Translations under genes and position numbers: made by a program | Notes under the pieces: generated by a model | What the model was told of the DNA's origin: nothing | Database searches by the model: none | What the model saw: only the letters and a program-made list of their open reading frames with translations | NCBI GenBank assembly: GCA_027075325.1 | Contig: JALTBN010000027.1 | Span: 176,032-240,031, forward strand | Length of the DNA: 64,000 bases | Reading direction: 5' to 3' | From: Thermococcus sp. | Lineage (GTDB): Archaea > Methanobacteriota_B > Thermococci > Thermococcales > Thermococcaceae | Part shown: piece after piece, positions 20,384-29,565 of the stretch | Layout of the letters: every line of letters begins with the position of its first letter | Position numbering within the stretch: position 1 is the first letter of the stretch

Positions 20384-20804
20384 ATGGAGAGGCTTGAGTA
20401 CAGGGCGGAACTCGAGTGGGACGGCAACGTCGGGAGCTTCGCGAGGGTCAGGGAGTTTCAGCTGAGAACCGATACAAACACCGACGGGGGCAACGAGGGG
20501 GCCTCTGCCCGCCGAATACCTGCTAACCGCAATAGGCGGCTGTCTGACGATAAACTGGGGAAGGCTCATAAAGAAGATGCGCCTCAACGTCGAGGAGATG
20601 AGCATAACAGTTGAAGGCTGGAGGAACCTCAAGGAACCCCAGCTCCAGGAGATAACCTACCGCGTGAGGATTGTAACGGATGCGCCGGAGAAGAAGATAC
20701 TCCGCGTCAAAGAGCTGGCCGAGAAGTACGGAACCGTCTTCAACACCGTCGGAAAGGAGAAAATAAAAGGAGAGGTAGAGATAATCCGGCGTGGAAGCTC
20801 CTGA
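20384..20804 (+). pseudogene. OsmC/Ohr-family gene split by a +1 frameshift
   Basis: Removing one G from GAGGGGGCC (~20495-20503) joins the two ORFs: ...TDGGNEGPLPAEYLLTAIGGCLTINWGRLIKKMRLNVEEM...AEKYGTVFNTV. Confidence 0.8.
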
Positions 20805-20810
20805 TGTTTC

Positions 20811-21368
20811 TTACCATTCGTCGTCTTCTTCCAGAAGTCCATACTTGTGGAGGTCTCTTTTGAGCTCTTCAACTGCTCTCGTGATGTCGTTCTCATCCTT
20901 AGCCCCTGAAACCACAACTTTTCCGCTGTTGAAGATGAGTATGGTCATCCTGGAGTTCCTGACCCTGTAAACCACTCCGGGGAATATCTCCGGCTCGTAC
21001 TCAACATTGGGCAGCGTTAGCGCTATCTCATCGAGTTCCACTCGTCCGAGCCCAATGTCCCCTGCGGCCACGACGTTCTGAACGGTTATCTCCGGTTCCC
21101 CCCTGAACTTCATCCCCATCCTTTCAAGTGTCTGCTTGAGTTTTTCTGTGGCCTCTCTTACCGTTTCAACACTCCTGGCTCCAGTGCAGACGAGTTTTCC
21201 GGAGTTGAATATCAGGAAGGTGACCCCGAACGAGCCCATCTTGTATGCTGCCCCCGGAAAGACTGAGGGGTCGTATCTTACGGGGTCGAGTTCTTCTGCG
21301 ACCCGCGTAATATCTATCGGACCATGAAGGTCGATGGAGGTCACAACGTTCTCAATTTTAAGGGGCAT
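20811..21368 (-). CDS. tbp: TATA-box-binding protein, divergent paralogue
   Basis: Two TBP repeats: IENVV..YDPSVFPG..LIFNSGKLVCTGA and VQNVV..YEPEIFPG..LIFNSGKVVVSGA; acidic tail EEDDEW. Confidence 0.93.
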   Translation of the reverse strand: MPLKIENVVTSIDLHGPIDITRVAEELDPVRYDPSVFPGAAYKMGSFGVTFLIFNSGKLVCTGARSVETVREATEKLKQTLERMGMKFRGEPEITVQNVVAAGDIGLGRVELDEIALTLPNVEYEPEIFPGVVYRVRNSRMTILIFNSGKVVVSGAKDENDITRAVEELKRDLHKYGLLEEDDEW

Positions 21369-21468
21369 ATAACCCACCACCGCTAGTTACTCCATCCTAC
21401 CTTAACTTTAACGGCAGTCCAGGGAGTTTCCCATACCATTATCTCATCATTCCCGTAAAAGTCTGGAC

Positions 21469-22209
21469 TCACGTGAACCTCTTTTCCAGCACCTTCCTGT
21501 GGATGGCCACGCCGGTGAAGAAGAAAGCCATCCCGAAGAGAACCAGCATCCCGAGGTCAATCCACAGTGGAAGGTAGCCACTCCCGAGCGAGTGCCGTAA
21601 GGCATCAACGTAGTATGTTAAAGGCGAGACGTAGGAGACGAGCCTTCCGTAGGAGGGAAGGTTCTCCAGCGGGACGAAGATGCCGCTTATGAAGAGGAGC
21701 GAGAACTTCACGAGCGAGGTCAGCATCATAACATCCGCCGGAACGTCGGTTGGCGGATACGAGGAGAGGAGCACCGTCATCGCTGAGAAGGTTCCGACCG
21801 CGAGGAGCGTTGCTGTAATGAAAATCGCCCATTCCAGGCCGAGCGAGAAGTAGAGCATCGCGGGAATCGCTATGGCGAAGGTTATGGCGAGGCCGAAGTA
21901 GAGCGAAGCCTGGAAGTCCCCGAGGAGGACGGTTGTGAGCGACACTGGAGCGGTTATGAGTCTCTCAAAGGTCCTCCCGCGGCACTCCCAGGGGATTATC
22001 GTCGGGCCGACGGCAGTCGAGGTGAAGAAGGCGGTCATCGCTGTTAAGCCGACGAAGAGCCTGTCCTGGGGGAGGTTCCTGCCGATGAGGAAGGCCAGGA
22101 AGAGGAAGAAGGGAAAGAGAAGGCCCATTATGACGACCGGCCCCTTGAGGTAGAAGATGAGCATGTCCTTCTTGGCTATAGCGAAGGAGCGCTTTATCTG
22201 TTCAATCAT
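21469..22209 (-). CDS. ABC-2 type exporter permease
   Basis: About 6 TM helices; GRTFERLITAPVS, FISGIFVPL, SPLTY. Confidence 0.88.
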   Translation of the reverse strand: MIEQIKRSFAIAKKDMLIFYLKGPVVIMGLLFPFFLFLAFLIGRNLPQDRLFVGLTAMTAFFTSTAVGPTIIPWECRGRTFERLITAPVSLTTVLLGDFQASLYFGLAITFAIAIPAMLYFSLGLEWAIFITATLLAVGTFSAMTVLLSSYPPTDVPADVMMLTSLVKFSLLFISGIFVPLENLPSYGRLVSYVSPLTYYVDALRHSLGSGYLPLWIDLGMLVLFGMAFFFTGVAIHRKVLEKRFT

Positions 22210-23131
22210 TTTTATCACCAACCAGCTCCATGAACACATCTTCCAGCGAGGGCGAGAGCGTCCTCAAACTCACTATTCTCAGCTTCTCCCCCTCTGCATA
22301 GCGGACGAGTTCCTTAACCGTTGCATCCGGGTCCTTAGTGTAGATTTTCACCTTGTCGCCCATGGTTTCAACTTTCAAAGCTGAGGAGAGAACCGACGGG
22401 TCAAACTTCATCGGCTCGAAGCTCACCTCGACCGAGACGCGCCCCTTAACGAGTTGCTTCAGCTTCTCGGGGGTGTCTATCGCTATCAGCTTGCCCTTTC
22501 TGATTATGCCGATCCTCTCGCAAAGCTCGTTCGCGTCGTCCATGTTGTGGGTTGTGAGGAATATCGTCTTTCCGGCCTTCTTCTCCTCCCGGATGACGTC
22601 CTTTATGAGGCGTGCGCTTATCACATCCAAACCGCTCGTTGGCTCATCTAAGAAGTAAAGCTCCGGATCCGCTATCATCGCCATCGCGATTATTAAACGC
22701 TGCCTCATGCCCTTTGAGAAGCCCCTGACCTTAACGTTCCGCTTTTCGTAGAGGTCAAACTCCCTGAGGAGTTCAAGCGAGCGCTTTTCTATCTCGGCCT
22801 TTGACATCCCGTAAAGCTCGCCCATAAGCCTGAGGTTCTGCATGGCCGTTAAATCAACGTAGGGGTTGGCCATCTCGGGGACTATGCCGGTTTTCTCCCT
22901 CGCCTTTATCTTCTCGCGCTCGTTGAGCATGTCGTAGCCGAGAACCCTTACCTCGCCGGAATCGGGCTTTAGAACGCCCGTGAGCATCCTTATCGTGGTG
23001 GTTTTACCGGCACCGTTCGGGCCGAGGAAGCCGAACACTTCGCCGGACTTGACTGAAAAACTCACGCCTTTAACGGCCTGAAACGAGCCGTAGTACTTGG
23101 TAAGATTGACCGCCTCTATGGCTTTCTCCAT
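22202..23131 (-). CDS. ABC exporter ATP-binding protein (DrrA/NodI-like)
   Basis: GPNGAGKTT, FSKGMRQR, LDEPTSGLD, TTH and C-terminal PSLEDVF. Confidence 0.92.
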   Translation of the reverse strand: MEKAIEAVNLTKYYGSFQAVKGVSFSVKSGEVFGFLGPNGAGKTTTIRMLTGVLKPDSGEVRVLGYDMLNEREKIKAREKTGIVPEMANPYVDLTAMQNLRLMGELYGMSKAEIEKRSLELLREFDLYEKRNVKVRGFSKGMRQRLIIAMAMIADPELYFLDEPTSGLDVISARLIKDVIREEKKAGKTIFLTTHNMDDANELCERIGIIRKGKLIAIDTPEKLKQLVKGRVSVEVSFEPMKFDPSVLSSALKVETMGDKVKIYTKDPDATVKELVRYAEGEKLRIVSLRTLSPSLEDVFMELVGDKND

Positions 23132-23302
23132 CGTTCACACCATTATGAAAATAGTTTCAAGGATTAAAAAGGTTGGGATGATCACGGAAGTGCGCAAGCC
23201 CTTCGGATCCACAACCCCACGCAGAATATCTTTCGTATAAAGGGCATTTCACCTGAACTAAAACTTATATATTGTTTGAAGGAGTGACCTTAGGTGAGCC
23301 TA

Positions 23303-25132
23303 ATGAAGGAAGATTACCCGAAGTTATTCGAGCCGATCAACATCAGAAAGGTCCAGCTCATGAACAGGGCGGTCTTCCCGCCGATATCGACGAACTTCGC
23401 CCTGGAGAACGGCAGGCTGACGGAGAAGTTTGTCAAACACTACGAGAGGCGCGCGAGGGGCGGCGTCGGCCTGATAATCGTCGAGAACACCTCTATAGAC
23501 TTCCCGGAAGGAAAGCACATGCCCTTCCAGCCGAGGATAGACTCAAAGGCCGTCCTCAAGGACTGGGAATGGCTGGCTTTTGAGGTCCACAAGTACGAGG
23601 GGGTTAAGCTCTCCATCGAGCTCGCTCATGAGGGCTGGAAGAAGATAGGTGTCGACTACCTCTCTCCGGAGAAGATTGAGGAGCTTGTGGAGAAGTTCGC
23701 CTACTCCGCGAGATTAGCCATGGAGGCGGGCTTCGACATGGTTGAGATCCAGGGCGCCCACGGTCTCCTCGTGAACCAGTTTCTGTCGCCGCTGACAAAC
23801 CACCGCGACGACGAATGGGGCGAGCCGACGAGGTTCGCCGTTGAGGTGAGGAAGCGCATAGCGGAGGAGTGCGGCCGGGACTTCCCGGTTACGATAAGGC
23901 TCGCGGTGGATGACTTCCTTGAGGGCGGCATAAACCTGAGCATGGGGCGCGAGATAGCTTTAGAGCTTGCCAAAGCGGGCTACGACATGATACAGGCCGA
24001 CATCGGATTAGGCCCGAAGGAGAAGCGCCTTGAACCGATGCACTATCCCCAGGCCTGGCGCGCCTATTTAGCGGAGAAGATAAGGCCCCTACCTGTTCCG
24101 GTGGCGGCGGTCGGAATGATAAGGGAACCAAAAGTTGCGGAGAGGGTTCTTGAGACCCAGGCCGACTTGGTCGTCCTCGGGAGGACGCTCATAGCCGACC
24201 CCGACTGGGTGAAAAAGGTCGCCGAGGGTAGGGAGCACCTCATAAGGCGCTGTATAGGCTGCAGCGAGTGCATCAAAGCAGTCCATGACGAGAAGGGGCC
24301 GATAAGGTGCGGCGCCAACGCCAACGTCGGGAACGAGGAAGATGTTTCCCCCGCTCCGAGGAAGCGCGTTGTGGCGATAATCGGTGCCGGCCCCGGCGGA
24401 CTTGAGGCGGCGAGGGTGGCGGCACTTAGGGGACACGAGGTTCACCTCTTCTACGAGGTCTTCGGCGGCCAGCTCGTCCTCGCGAAGGTTCCTCCGGGGA
24501 AGGAGAAGATAGGCTGGCTCATCGAGTACTACCGCAACGTTTTGGCGGAGATGCCCAACGTCCACCTCCACGAGGGGAAGGCCACCAAGGAGGACGTCAT
24601 GAAGTTCAAGCCGGAGGCGGTGGTGATAGCGACCGGCGCGAACCCGATACTCCCCTGCTCCGGCGAGAGGGGCCTAATAATCCCCTTCGACAGGATTCTC
24701 AGGGGAGAGGTGAAGGTGGAGAACAAGGACGTCCTTGTAGGTGGTGGGGGACTCGTAGGGGTGGAGACGGCCCTTTATCTGGCCCAGTTCAACAACCGCG
24801 TGAAGATAATCAAGCGCACTCCCGCGGTGCTTCCAAACGTCGAGAGGATAACCCGCGGCTACCTCCTGCGGGAGCTTGAGGAGAAGGGGATTCCGATTTT
24901 AACCGGCAGGAGCTTTGTCAGTGCCGGAGATGGCTACGCTATCGTCGAGAACACCGAGACCGGGGAGAAGGAGATGATAAAGTGCGACGTCATCGTCGGG
25001 GCCTTCGGCATGAGACCGTATGTCCCCTTCGTCATAGACGGCGTTGAGTACCACATAATCGGGGACGCGAAGTCCGTGAGGAACATAGCGAGCGCCGTTA
25101 AGGAGGGCTACGAGGTCGGGAGGAAGCTCTGA
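23303..25132 (+). CDS. Old-yellow-enzyme-family NADH:flavin oxidoreductase with 4Fe-4S and FAD/NAD domains (2,4-dienoyl-CoA/enoate reductase-like)
   Basis: LFEPINI..NRAVFPP, GFDMVEIQGAHGLLVNQFLSP..NHRDDEWG, CIGCSEC..C, GAGPGG, GGGLVG. Confidence 0.9.
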   Translation: MKEDYPKLFEPINIRKVQLMNRAVFPPISTNFALENGRLTEKFVKHYERRARGGVGLIIVENTSIDFPEGKHMPFQPRIDSKAVLKDWEWLAFEVHKYEGVKLSIELAHEGWKKIGVDYLSPEKIEELVEKFAYSARLAMEAGFDMVEIQGAHGLLVNQFLSPLTNHRDDEWGEPTRFAVEVRKRIAEECGRDFPVTIRLAVDDFLEGGINLSMGREIALELAKAGYDMIQADIGLGPKEKRLEPMHYPQAWRAYLAEKIRPLPVPVAAVGMIREPKVAERVLETQADLVVLGRTLIADPDWVKKVAEGREHLIRRCIGCSECIKAVHDEKGPIRCGANANVGNEEDVSPAPRKRVVAIIGAGPGGLEAARVAALRGHEVHLFYEVFGGQLVLAKVPPGKEKIGWLIEYYRNVLAEMPNVHLHEGKATKEDVMKFKPEAVVIATGANPILPCSGERGLIIPFDRILRGEVKVENKDVLVGGGGLVGVETALYLAQFNNRVKIIKRTPAVLPNVERITRGYLLRELEEKGIPILTGRSFVSAGDGYAIVENTETGEKEMIKCDVIVGAFGMRPYVPFVIDGVEYHIIGDAKSVRNIASAVKEGYEVGRKL

Positions 25133-25203
25133 GTTTTCTCTCCACTTTCCCTATTCTCCCATCCCATGGAAAAGCTGATTAACCATTCCTACCAAAGGCC
25201 ATC

Positions 25204-25482
25204 GTGGTCGGGATGCGCCGGGTCTGGTGCGGTGAAAACGGGGCTGGAGTGAACGACGGAGCCCTGCGGAATAGGGTCAAGGAAATCCTTTCAAAGGCAG
25301 AACTCGTCCGGAAGGGCGGAAAAATAATCGTGTTCGTCGATGGGAATAAAGTTGGAAAGCTGAGGTTCGAGGCACCGCTCGATGAGCTTGAGGTCGAGAG
25401 CGCATGGAAGAGTCCCTTCGGGGTAAAGGTCGAGCTGAGCTGGCGGGGAAAGTTCGCCGGAACGCTCCTCCTGAGGGAGTGA
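25204..25482 (+). CDS. Small hypothetical protein, paralogue of 36714-37037
   Basis: Intact ORF closely upstream of the MFS gene; shares motifs with the 36714-37037 protein. Confidence 0.65.
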   Translation: MVGMRRVWCGENGAGVNDGALRNRVKEILSKAELVRKGGKIIVFVDGNKVGKLRFEAPLDELEVESAWKSPFGVKVELSWRGKFAGTLLLRE

Positions 25483-25483
25483 C

Positions 25484-26620
25484 ATGAAAGCTAAGGAGCT
25501 TTTGAAGTTCGAGTTCCTCAGTCAGGGAAGCATAGGAGCAGCCGAGGGGCTTGCCGAGGCCTTCTTCGGCGTGATCATGACGAGGATGGGAGCTTCGCCC
25601 TTCATGCTGGGCCTCCTTGGTAGTTCAGCCTACGTCTCGAACCTCTTCTCTCCCCTCTGGGCCAAAGGCTCACGAAAGGCAGGGGCAAAGAGGCTTGTAA
25701 TCCTCTCATTAATCCTCGCCTCGCTCTTCATAGCCCTGAGCGCCTTCACCGAAAGCGCGGTTCCCTTTCTGATCTTTGTCTTCCTCTACTACATCGCCTA
25801 CGGCGTCAGGGAGGTCCTCTACCCTTTGATAGTCGAGAAGGTCTACGGCTACCTTGAGGCCCTTGGGCACGCCGAGGTGGCCTACACGATAGCCTACACC
25901 GTTGCAGCCGGAATAGCGGGCTATGTAATGGATTCCTGGAGCTACAGGGTGGCCTTCTTCGTTGCCGCAGGCCTGCTCCTCCTCGCGGCGCTCTCAAGGC
26001 TCCCGTTTCCTGACGTTAAAGGTGACGCCAAAGAAAAGGTCGAGCCGCCCTACAGGGACAAGCTAATTCTCAGGATGGTCACGATGTTCATGGTGGCGGG
26101 AACCGGCATGCTAATGATGCTCCCGGCCATCCCAATCCTTGAAGTTAGGGCCTTGGGACTGTCTAACGGGGTCATAGGCATCGCGATAGCCCTCAACAGT
26201 CTCTCCTACATGCTCTTCTCCGAGCTGTGGAGCAGGCTCATAAAGAGGCCATCCCATGTGGTTAGGGTCTTTCAGGCGGGCTTTACGGCGCTCTTCCTTA
26301 TGGCACTCACCTACTACCTTAGCAGTTCAGCGCTCTATGTTTACCTCGCAGGGGTTCTCTGCGGTCTCGGTGGTTCCGCCGTTTCAATAGGCTGGCAGGC
26401 CTTCTCAATGGGCGTTCCAGATTACAGGACTGAGGATCTATCAGCCCTCCACTTGACGACCTGCGGGATACGGGGCCTTTACGCGCCCATCTTGGGGGCC
26501 GCTTTAATAGAGTGGCTCGGTCTGAGGGAGACCTTTCTCTTGGCTGGTCTGCTCCTCGTGGGAGGAATAATCTTGGCGGAAAGTGCAGTTCAGCCCATTA
26601 GGGAGAAGTTTGAGCTTTAA
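25484..26620 (+). CDS. MFS transporter
   Basis: About 12 hydrophobic segments; GASPFMLGLL, GLSNGVIG, APILGAAL. Confidence 0.8.
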   Translation: MKAKELLKFEFLSQGSIGAAEGLAEAFFGVIMTRMGASPFMLGLLGSSAYVSNLFSPLWAKGSRKAGAKRLVILSLILASLFIALSAFTESAVPFLIFVFLYYIAYGVREVLYPLIVEKVYGYLEALGHAEVAYTIAYTVAAGIAGYVMDSWSYRVAFFVAAGLLLLAALSRLPFPDVKGDAKEKVEPPYRDKLILRMVTMFMVAGTGMLMMLPAIPILEVRALGLSNGVIGIAIALNSLSYMLFSELWSRLIKRPSHVVRVFQAGFTALFLMALTYYLSSSALYVYLAGVLCGLGGSAVSIGWQAFSMGVPDYRTEDLSALHLTTCGIRGLYAPILGAALIEWLGLRETFLLAGLLLVGGIILAESAVQPIREKFEL

Positions 26621-26635
26621 TGAGTTCCCATTTCT

Positions 26636-26684
26636 GTCCACAACCTTTGGTTTGTGAAAACTTTTTATATTAAAAAAAATTCAT
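26636..26684 (+). promoter_or_regulatory. Promoter copy 1: SurR-like box, BRE/TATA and palindromic operator
   Basis: GTC-cac-AAC-ctttg-GTT, then GAAAACTTTTTATAT, then ATTAAAAAAAATTCAT; near-duplicate of 27232-27280. Confidence 0.65.
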
Positions 26685-26691
26685 ATACAAC

Positions 26692-27222
26692 ATGGCGATT
26701 CCAATGTCCGCGGAGAAGAAAAAAATTATTATAGATTTTTCAAAATGCGTGGGCTGCCACACATGCGAACTCGTCTGCTCCCTGGCCCATGAGGGGGTTG
26801 TGAACCCCTCACTGGCAAGAATCCACGTGATAAACTCCAACTGGACTATGATGCCAATAAGCTGTCGTCACTGTGAGAATGCGCCCTGTGTTGAGGTTTG
26901 CCCCACCAACGCCCTCTACCGCGACAAGGATGGTGCAGTCCTTCTGGCCCCCCAGAAGTGCATTGGTTGCCTCATGTGTGGAATAGTCTGTCCCTTCGGT
27001 ATACCCCAGTTTGATGAGATAAATGGTGTAATGTTTAAGTGCGACCTCTGTCCAGACAGACGCGCGGAGGGGAAGCCTCCTGCTTGTGTTGAAGCGTGTC
27101 CAACTGGAGCCCTTATCTTTGGGGATGTCAATGAGATTATGCGGGCAAAGAGAGAGAAGATTGTTAAGAACGTGATTGATCTTGTCTTCCGAGATGCTTC
27201 GCTTGATACTCTTGACCATTAA
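26692..27222 (+). CDS. 4x[4Fe-4S] polyferredoxin (DmsB/HydN/WOR small-subunit type)
   Basis: CVGCHTCELVC, CRHCENAPCVEVCP, CIGCLMCGIVCP, KCDLC..PACVEACP. Confidence 0.93.
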   Translation: MAIPMSAEKKKIIIDFSKCVGCHTCELVCSLAHEGVVNPSLARIHVINSNWTMMPISCRHCENAPCVEVCPTNALYRDKDGAVLLAPQKCIGCLMCGIVCPFGIPQFDEINGVMFKCDLCPDRRAEGKPPACVEACPTGALIFGDVNEIMRAKREKIVKNVIDLVFRDASLDTLDH

Positions 27223-27231
27223 ACCCAATTA

Positions 27232-27280
27232 GTTCTCAACTTTTGGTTTGTGAAAACCTTTTATATGGAAAAATTTTCAT
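27232..27280 (+). promoter_or_regulatory. Promoter copy 2: perfect long SurR box, BRE/TATA and palindromic operator
   Basis: GTT-ctc-AAC-ttttg-GTT (27232-27248), GAAAACCTTTTATAT, ATGGAAAAATTTTCAT (27265-27280). Confidence 0.72.
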
Positions 27281-27300
27281 GTAAAATTAGGTGAATCGAA

Positions 27301-27753
27301 ATGCCCTACCTGATGGTACATGAGGACAGGTGTATAGGATGCCACACCTGCGAAATGGTCTGCTCCCTGAGCCATGAGGGGGTAATAAACCCAGACCTCT
27401 CCAGAATCCACATCCTAGGTTACAAAGGCGAGAAGTTCCCGGTGATGTGCCTCCAGTGCGAGGACGCCCCCTGTGAGCTTGTCTGCCCGATGGAAGCAAT
27501 CCACATGCAGAACGGCGTGAGGATGGTGGACGACGAGAAGTGCATAAGGTGCAAGATGTGCACACTCGTCTGCCCGGTTGGAGGCGTTCTCTACGACTAC
27601 ATCAACAACAAGATGATAAGGTGCGACCTCTGCGGCGGCGACCCGCAGTGCGCCAAGTACTGCCCTATGGACGTTATAGAGGTCGTGCCGGACGATGCCG
27701 TTCCGGAGGCGAGGAAGAGGGGAGTTAGGGTTCTCTACGGGGAGGCGGACTGA
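27301..27753 (+). CDS. 4x[4Fe-4S] polyferredoxin, second WOR small subunit
   Basis: CIGCHTCEMVC, CLQCEDAPCELVCP, CIRCKMCTLVCP, RCDLC..PQCAKYCP. Confidence 0.93.
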   Translation: MPYLMVHEDRCIGCHTCEMVCSLSHEGVINPDLSRIHILGYKGEKFPVMCLQCEDAPCELVCPMEAIHMQNGVRMVDDEKCIRCKMCTLVCPVGGVLYDYINNKMIRCDLCGGDPQCAKYCPMDVIEVVPDDAVPEARKRGVRVLYGEAD

Positions 27754-27754
27754 G

Positions 27755-29560
27755 ATGTTCGGCTACGCCGGGAAAATACTCTTTATAGACATGACTTCGC
27801 GGGTTGTCAGGACTGAACCGACAGAAAAGTATGCCGTGGACTTTCTCGGCGGGAGGGGGATAGCGACCAAGATAGCCTACGACCTCATACCTGCTGAGGC
27901 AAACGCCTTCGACCCAGAAAATGCCCTCATAATGATGACCGGCCCCCTGACAGGGGTTGCCCCGTCAAGTTCGAGGATAGATATCGTCTCCCTCTCCCCG
28001 GTCACCAATCTCCTCGGGGGTAGCAGTGCCGGGGGAGATTTCGGGGCGGTGCTTAAGTTTGCAGGCTACGACGGGATAGTCATAACTGGGAAGGCAGAGA
28101 AACCCACGTGCATCCGCATCATAGACGACGAGGTCACCTTCCACGATGCCGAGCACTGCTGGGAGTACGACGTTTATGACACCGTTGACTGCATCAAGAG
28201 GCTCGGCAGGGAGGACGTTCAGGTGGCCTGCATAGGGAAAGCGGGAGCGAACCTCGTAAAGACCGCAGGGGTAAGCTTCTCAAAGCGCAACCTCGCGGCC
28301 AGAGGTGGCCTTGGAGCCGTCATGGGGAGCAAGAACCTCAAGGCGATAGCGGTCGCCGGAACTAAGGGGGTAAAGGTTCGGGACACTAAGAGGCTGATGG
28401 AGACCAACCTCGAAATCGAGCGCAGAATGCTCGAAAGCCCCGCCTTCAAGAAGTACGAGAACTGGCATGCGAACATCTCACTCTCCCTTCTCAAGGCCTG
28501 GAGACCTTATTTCGGCGACTACGAGGAGGAGTTCTGGGAAGAAGCGGGGGAGGCAGCCAAGAACGCCAAGAGGTTCTTCGAGGAGATGGCGACTCTGAGG
28601 CCCAACAGCTGCTTCGCCTGCCCGCTGAGGTGCTGGGCGTGGGTGGAGTACAACGGCGAAGAGGCCCCCATGGTGGCCTGTCAGGGGACTTTCCCGGCGA
28701 TAATCTTCATCCTCAAGATAAAGGACCCTGAGCTGGCCTGGAAGGTTTACCTGAGACTCCAGAAGGAAGGACTGGACATAATGAGCACGGCGGCGGTTAT
28801 AACCTACGCATCAAGGGTGGGCCTCGTCAGGCTTGGAAGCGAGGAGATACTGAAGCTCATAGACGAGATAGTGAACCGCGAGGGGCCGGGCAACATCTTA
28901 GCTGAGGGAGTTAAGAAGGCCAGCGAGCACTTTGGAGTACCGGCGGTCTACGTCAAAGGCGGAATGGAGTCCTGGAGCAGCGACATAAGGCCATTCCGGG
29001 GGGTCGCCCTCGCAGGAGCAGTCTCTGAGAGCGGGAGCATAAGCAGGGCGATACACGGCTTCCCGGCATCTTCGTACTATACGAAGCCGGAGAAGGCCAA
29101 GAAGGTTGCGAAGGAGATAGTCGGAGATGAGAGCGCCGCCGAACCGACCAACTACCGGGGCAAGGCCAAGCTCGTGGCTTATTTCGAAGACGAACACATA
29201 ATAGCGGACTCCCTCGGCGTCTGCGACACCCCGATGCTCTCAATTCCCCTAGAGCTGTGGGCGGAAGCACTCAGCGCCGCAACCGGGATAGAGTTCACAC
29301 CGGAGAAGCTCCACTTCTACGCCGAGAAGATAAGGACGCTTGAGAGGATGTTCAATGTGCGCAGGGGCATTGACCGGGAGAAGGACACACTCTCGGAGAG
29401 GCTCTTTAGGAGTGTAATCCGCTCCGGCCCCTGGGCTGGAGTCGGTATCGAGAGGGAGAAGTTCGAGGAGATGAAGCTTGAGTACTACAGGCTGAGGGGA
29501 TGGGATGAGAACGGAGTCCCGACAGATGAGACTCTTGAGAGGTACGGCCTTGAGTGGTGA
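27755..29560 (+). CDS. Tungsten oxidoreductase (AOR/WOR family) large subunit 1
   Basis: GYAGKILFID, LKFAGYDG, AARGGLGAVMGSKNLKAI, CFACPLRC, DSLGVC, YYRLRGWDENGVPT. Confidence 0.93.
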   Translation: MFGYAGKILFIDMTSRVVRTEPTEKYAVDFLGGRGIATKIAYDLIPAEANAFDPENALIMMTGPLTGVAPSSSRIDIVSLSPVTNLLGGSSAGGDFGAVLKFAGYDGIVITGKAEKPTCIRIIDDEVTFHDAEHCWEYDVYDTVDCIKRLGREDVQVACIGKAGANLVKTAGVSFSKRNLAARGGLGAVMGSKNLKAIAVAGTKGVKVRDTKRLMETNLEIERRMLESPAFKKYENWHANISLSLLKAWRPYFGDYEEEFWEEAGEAAKNAKRFFEEMATLRPNSCFACPLRCWAWVEYNGEEAPMVACQGTFPAIIFILKIKDPELAWKVYLRLQKEGLDIMSTAAVITYASRVGLVRLGSEEILKLIDEIVNREGPGNILAEGVKKASEHFGVPAVYVKGGMESWSSDIRPFRGVALAGAVSESGSISRAIHGFPASSYYTKPEKAKKVAKEIVGDESAAEPTNYRGKAKLVAYFEDEHIIADSLGVCDTPMLSIPLELWAEALSAATGIEFTPEKLHFYAEKIRTLERMFNVRRGIDREKDTLSERLFRSVIRSGPWAGVGIEREKFEEMKLEYYRLRGWDENGVPTDETLERYGLEW

Positions 29561-29565
29561 TGGAG

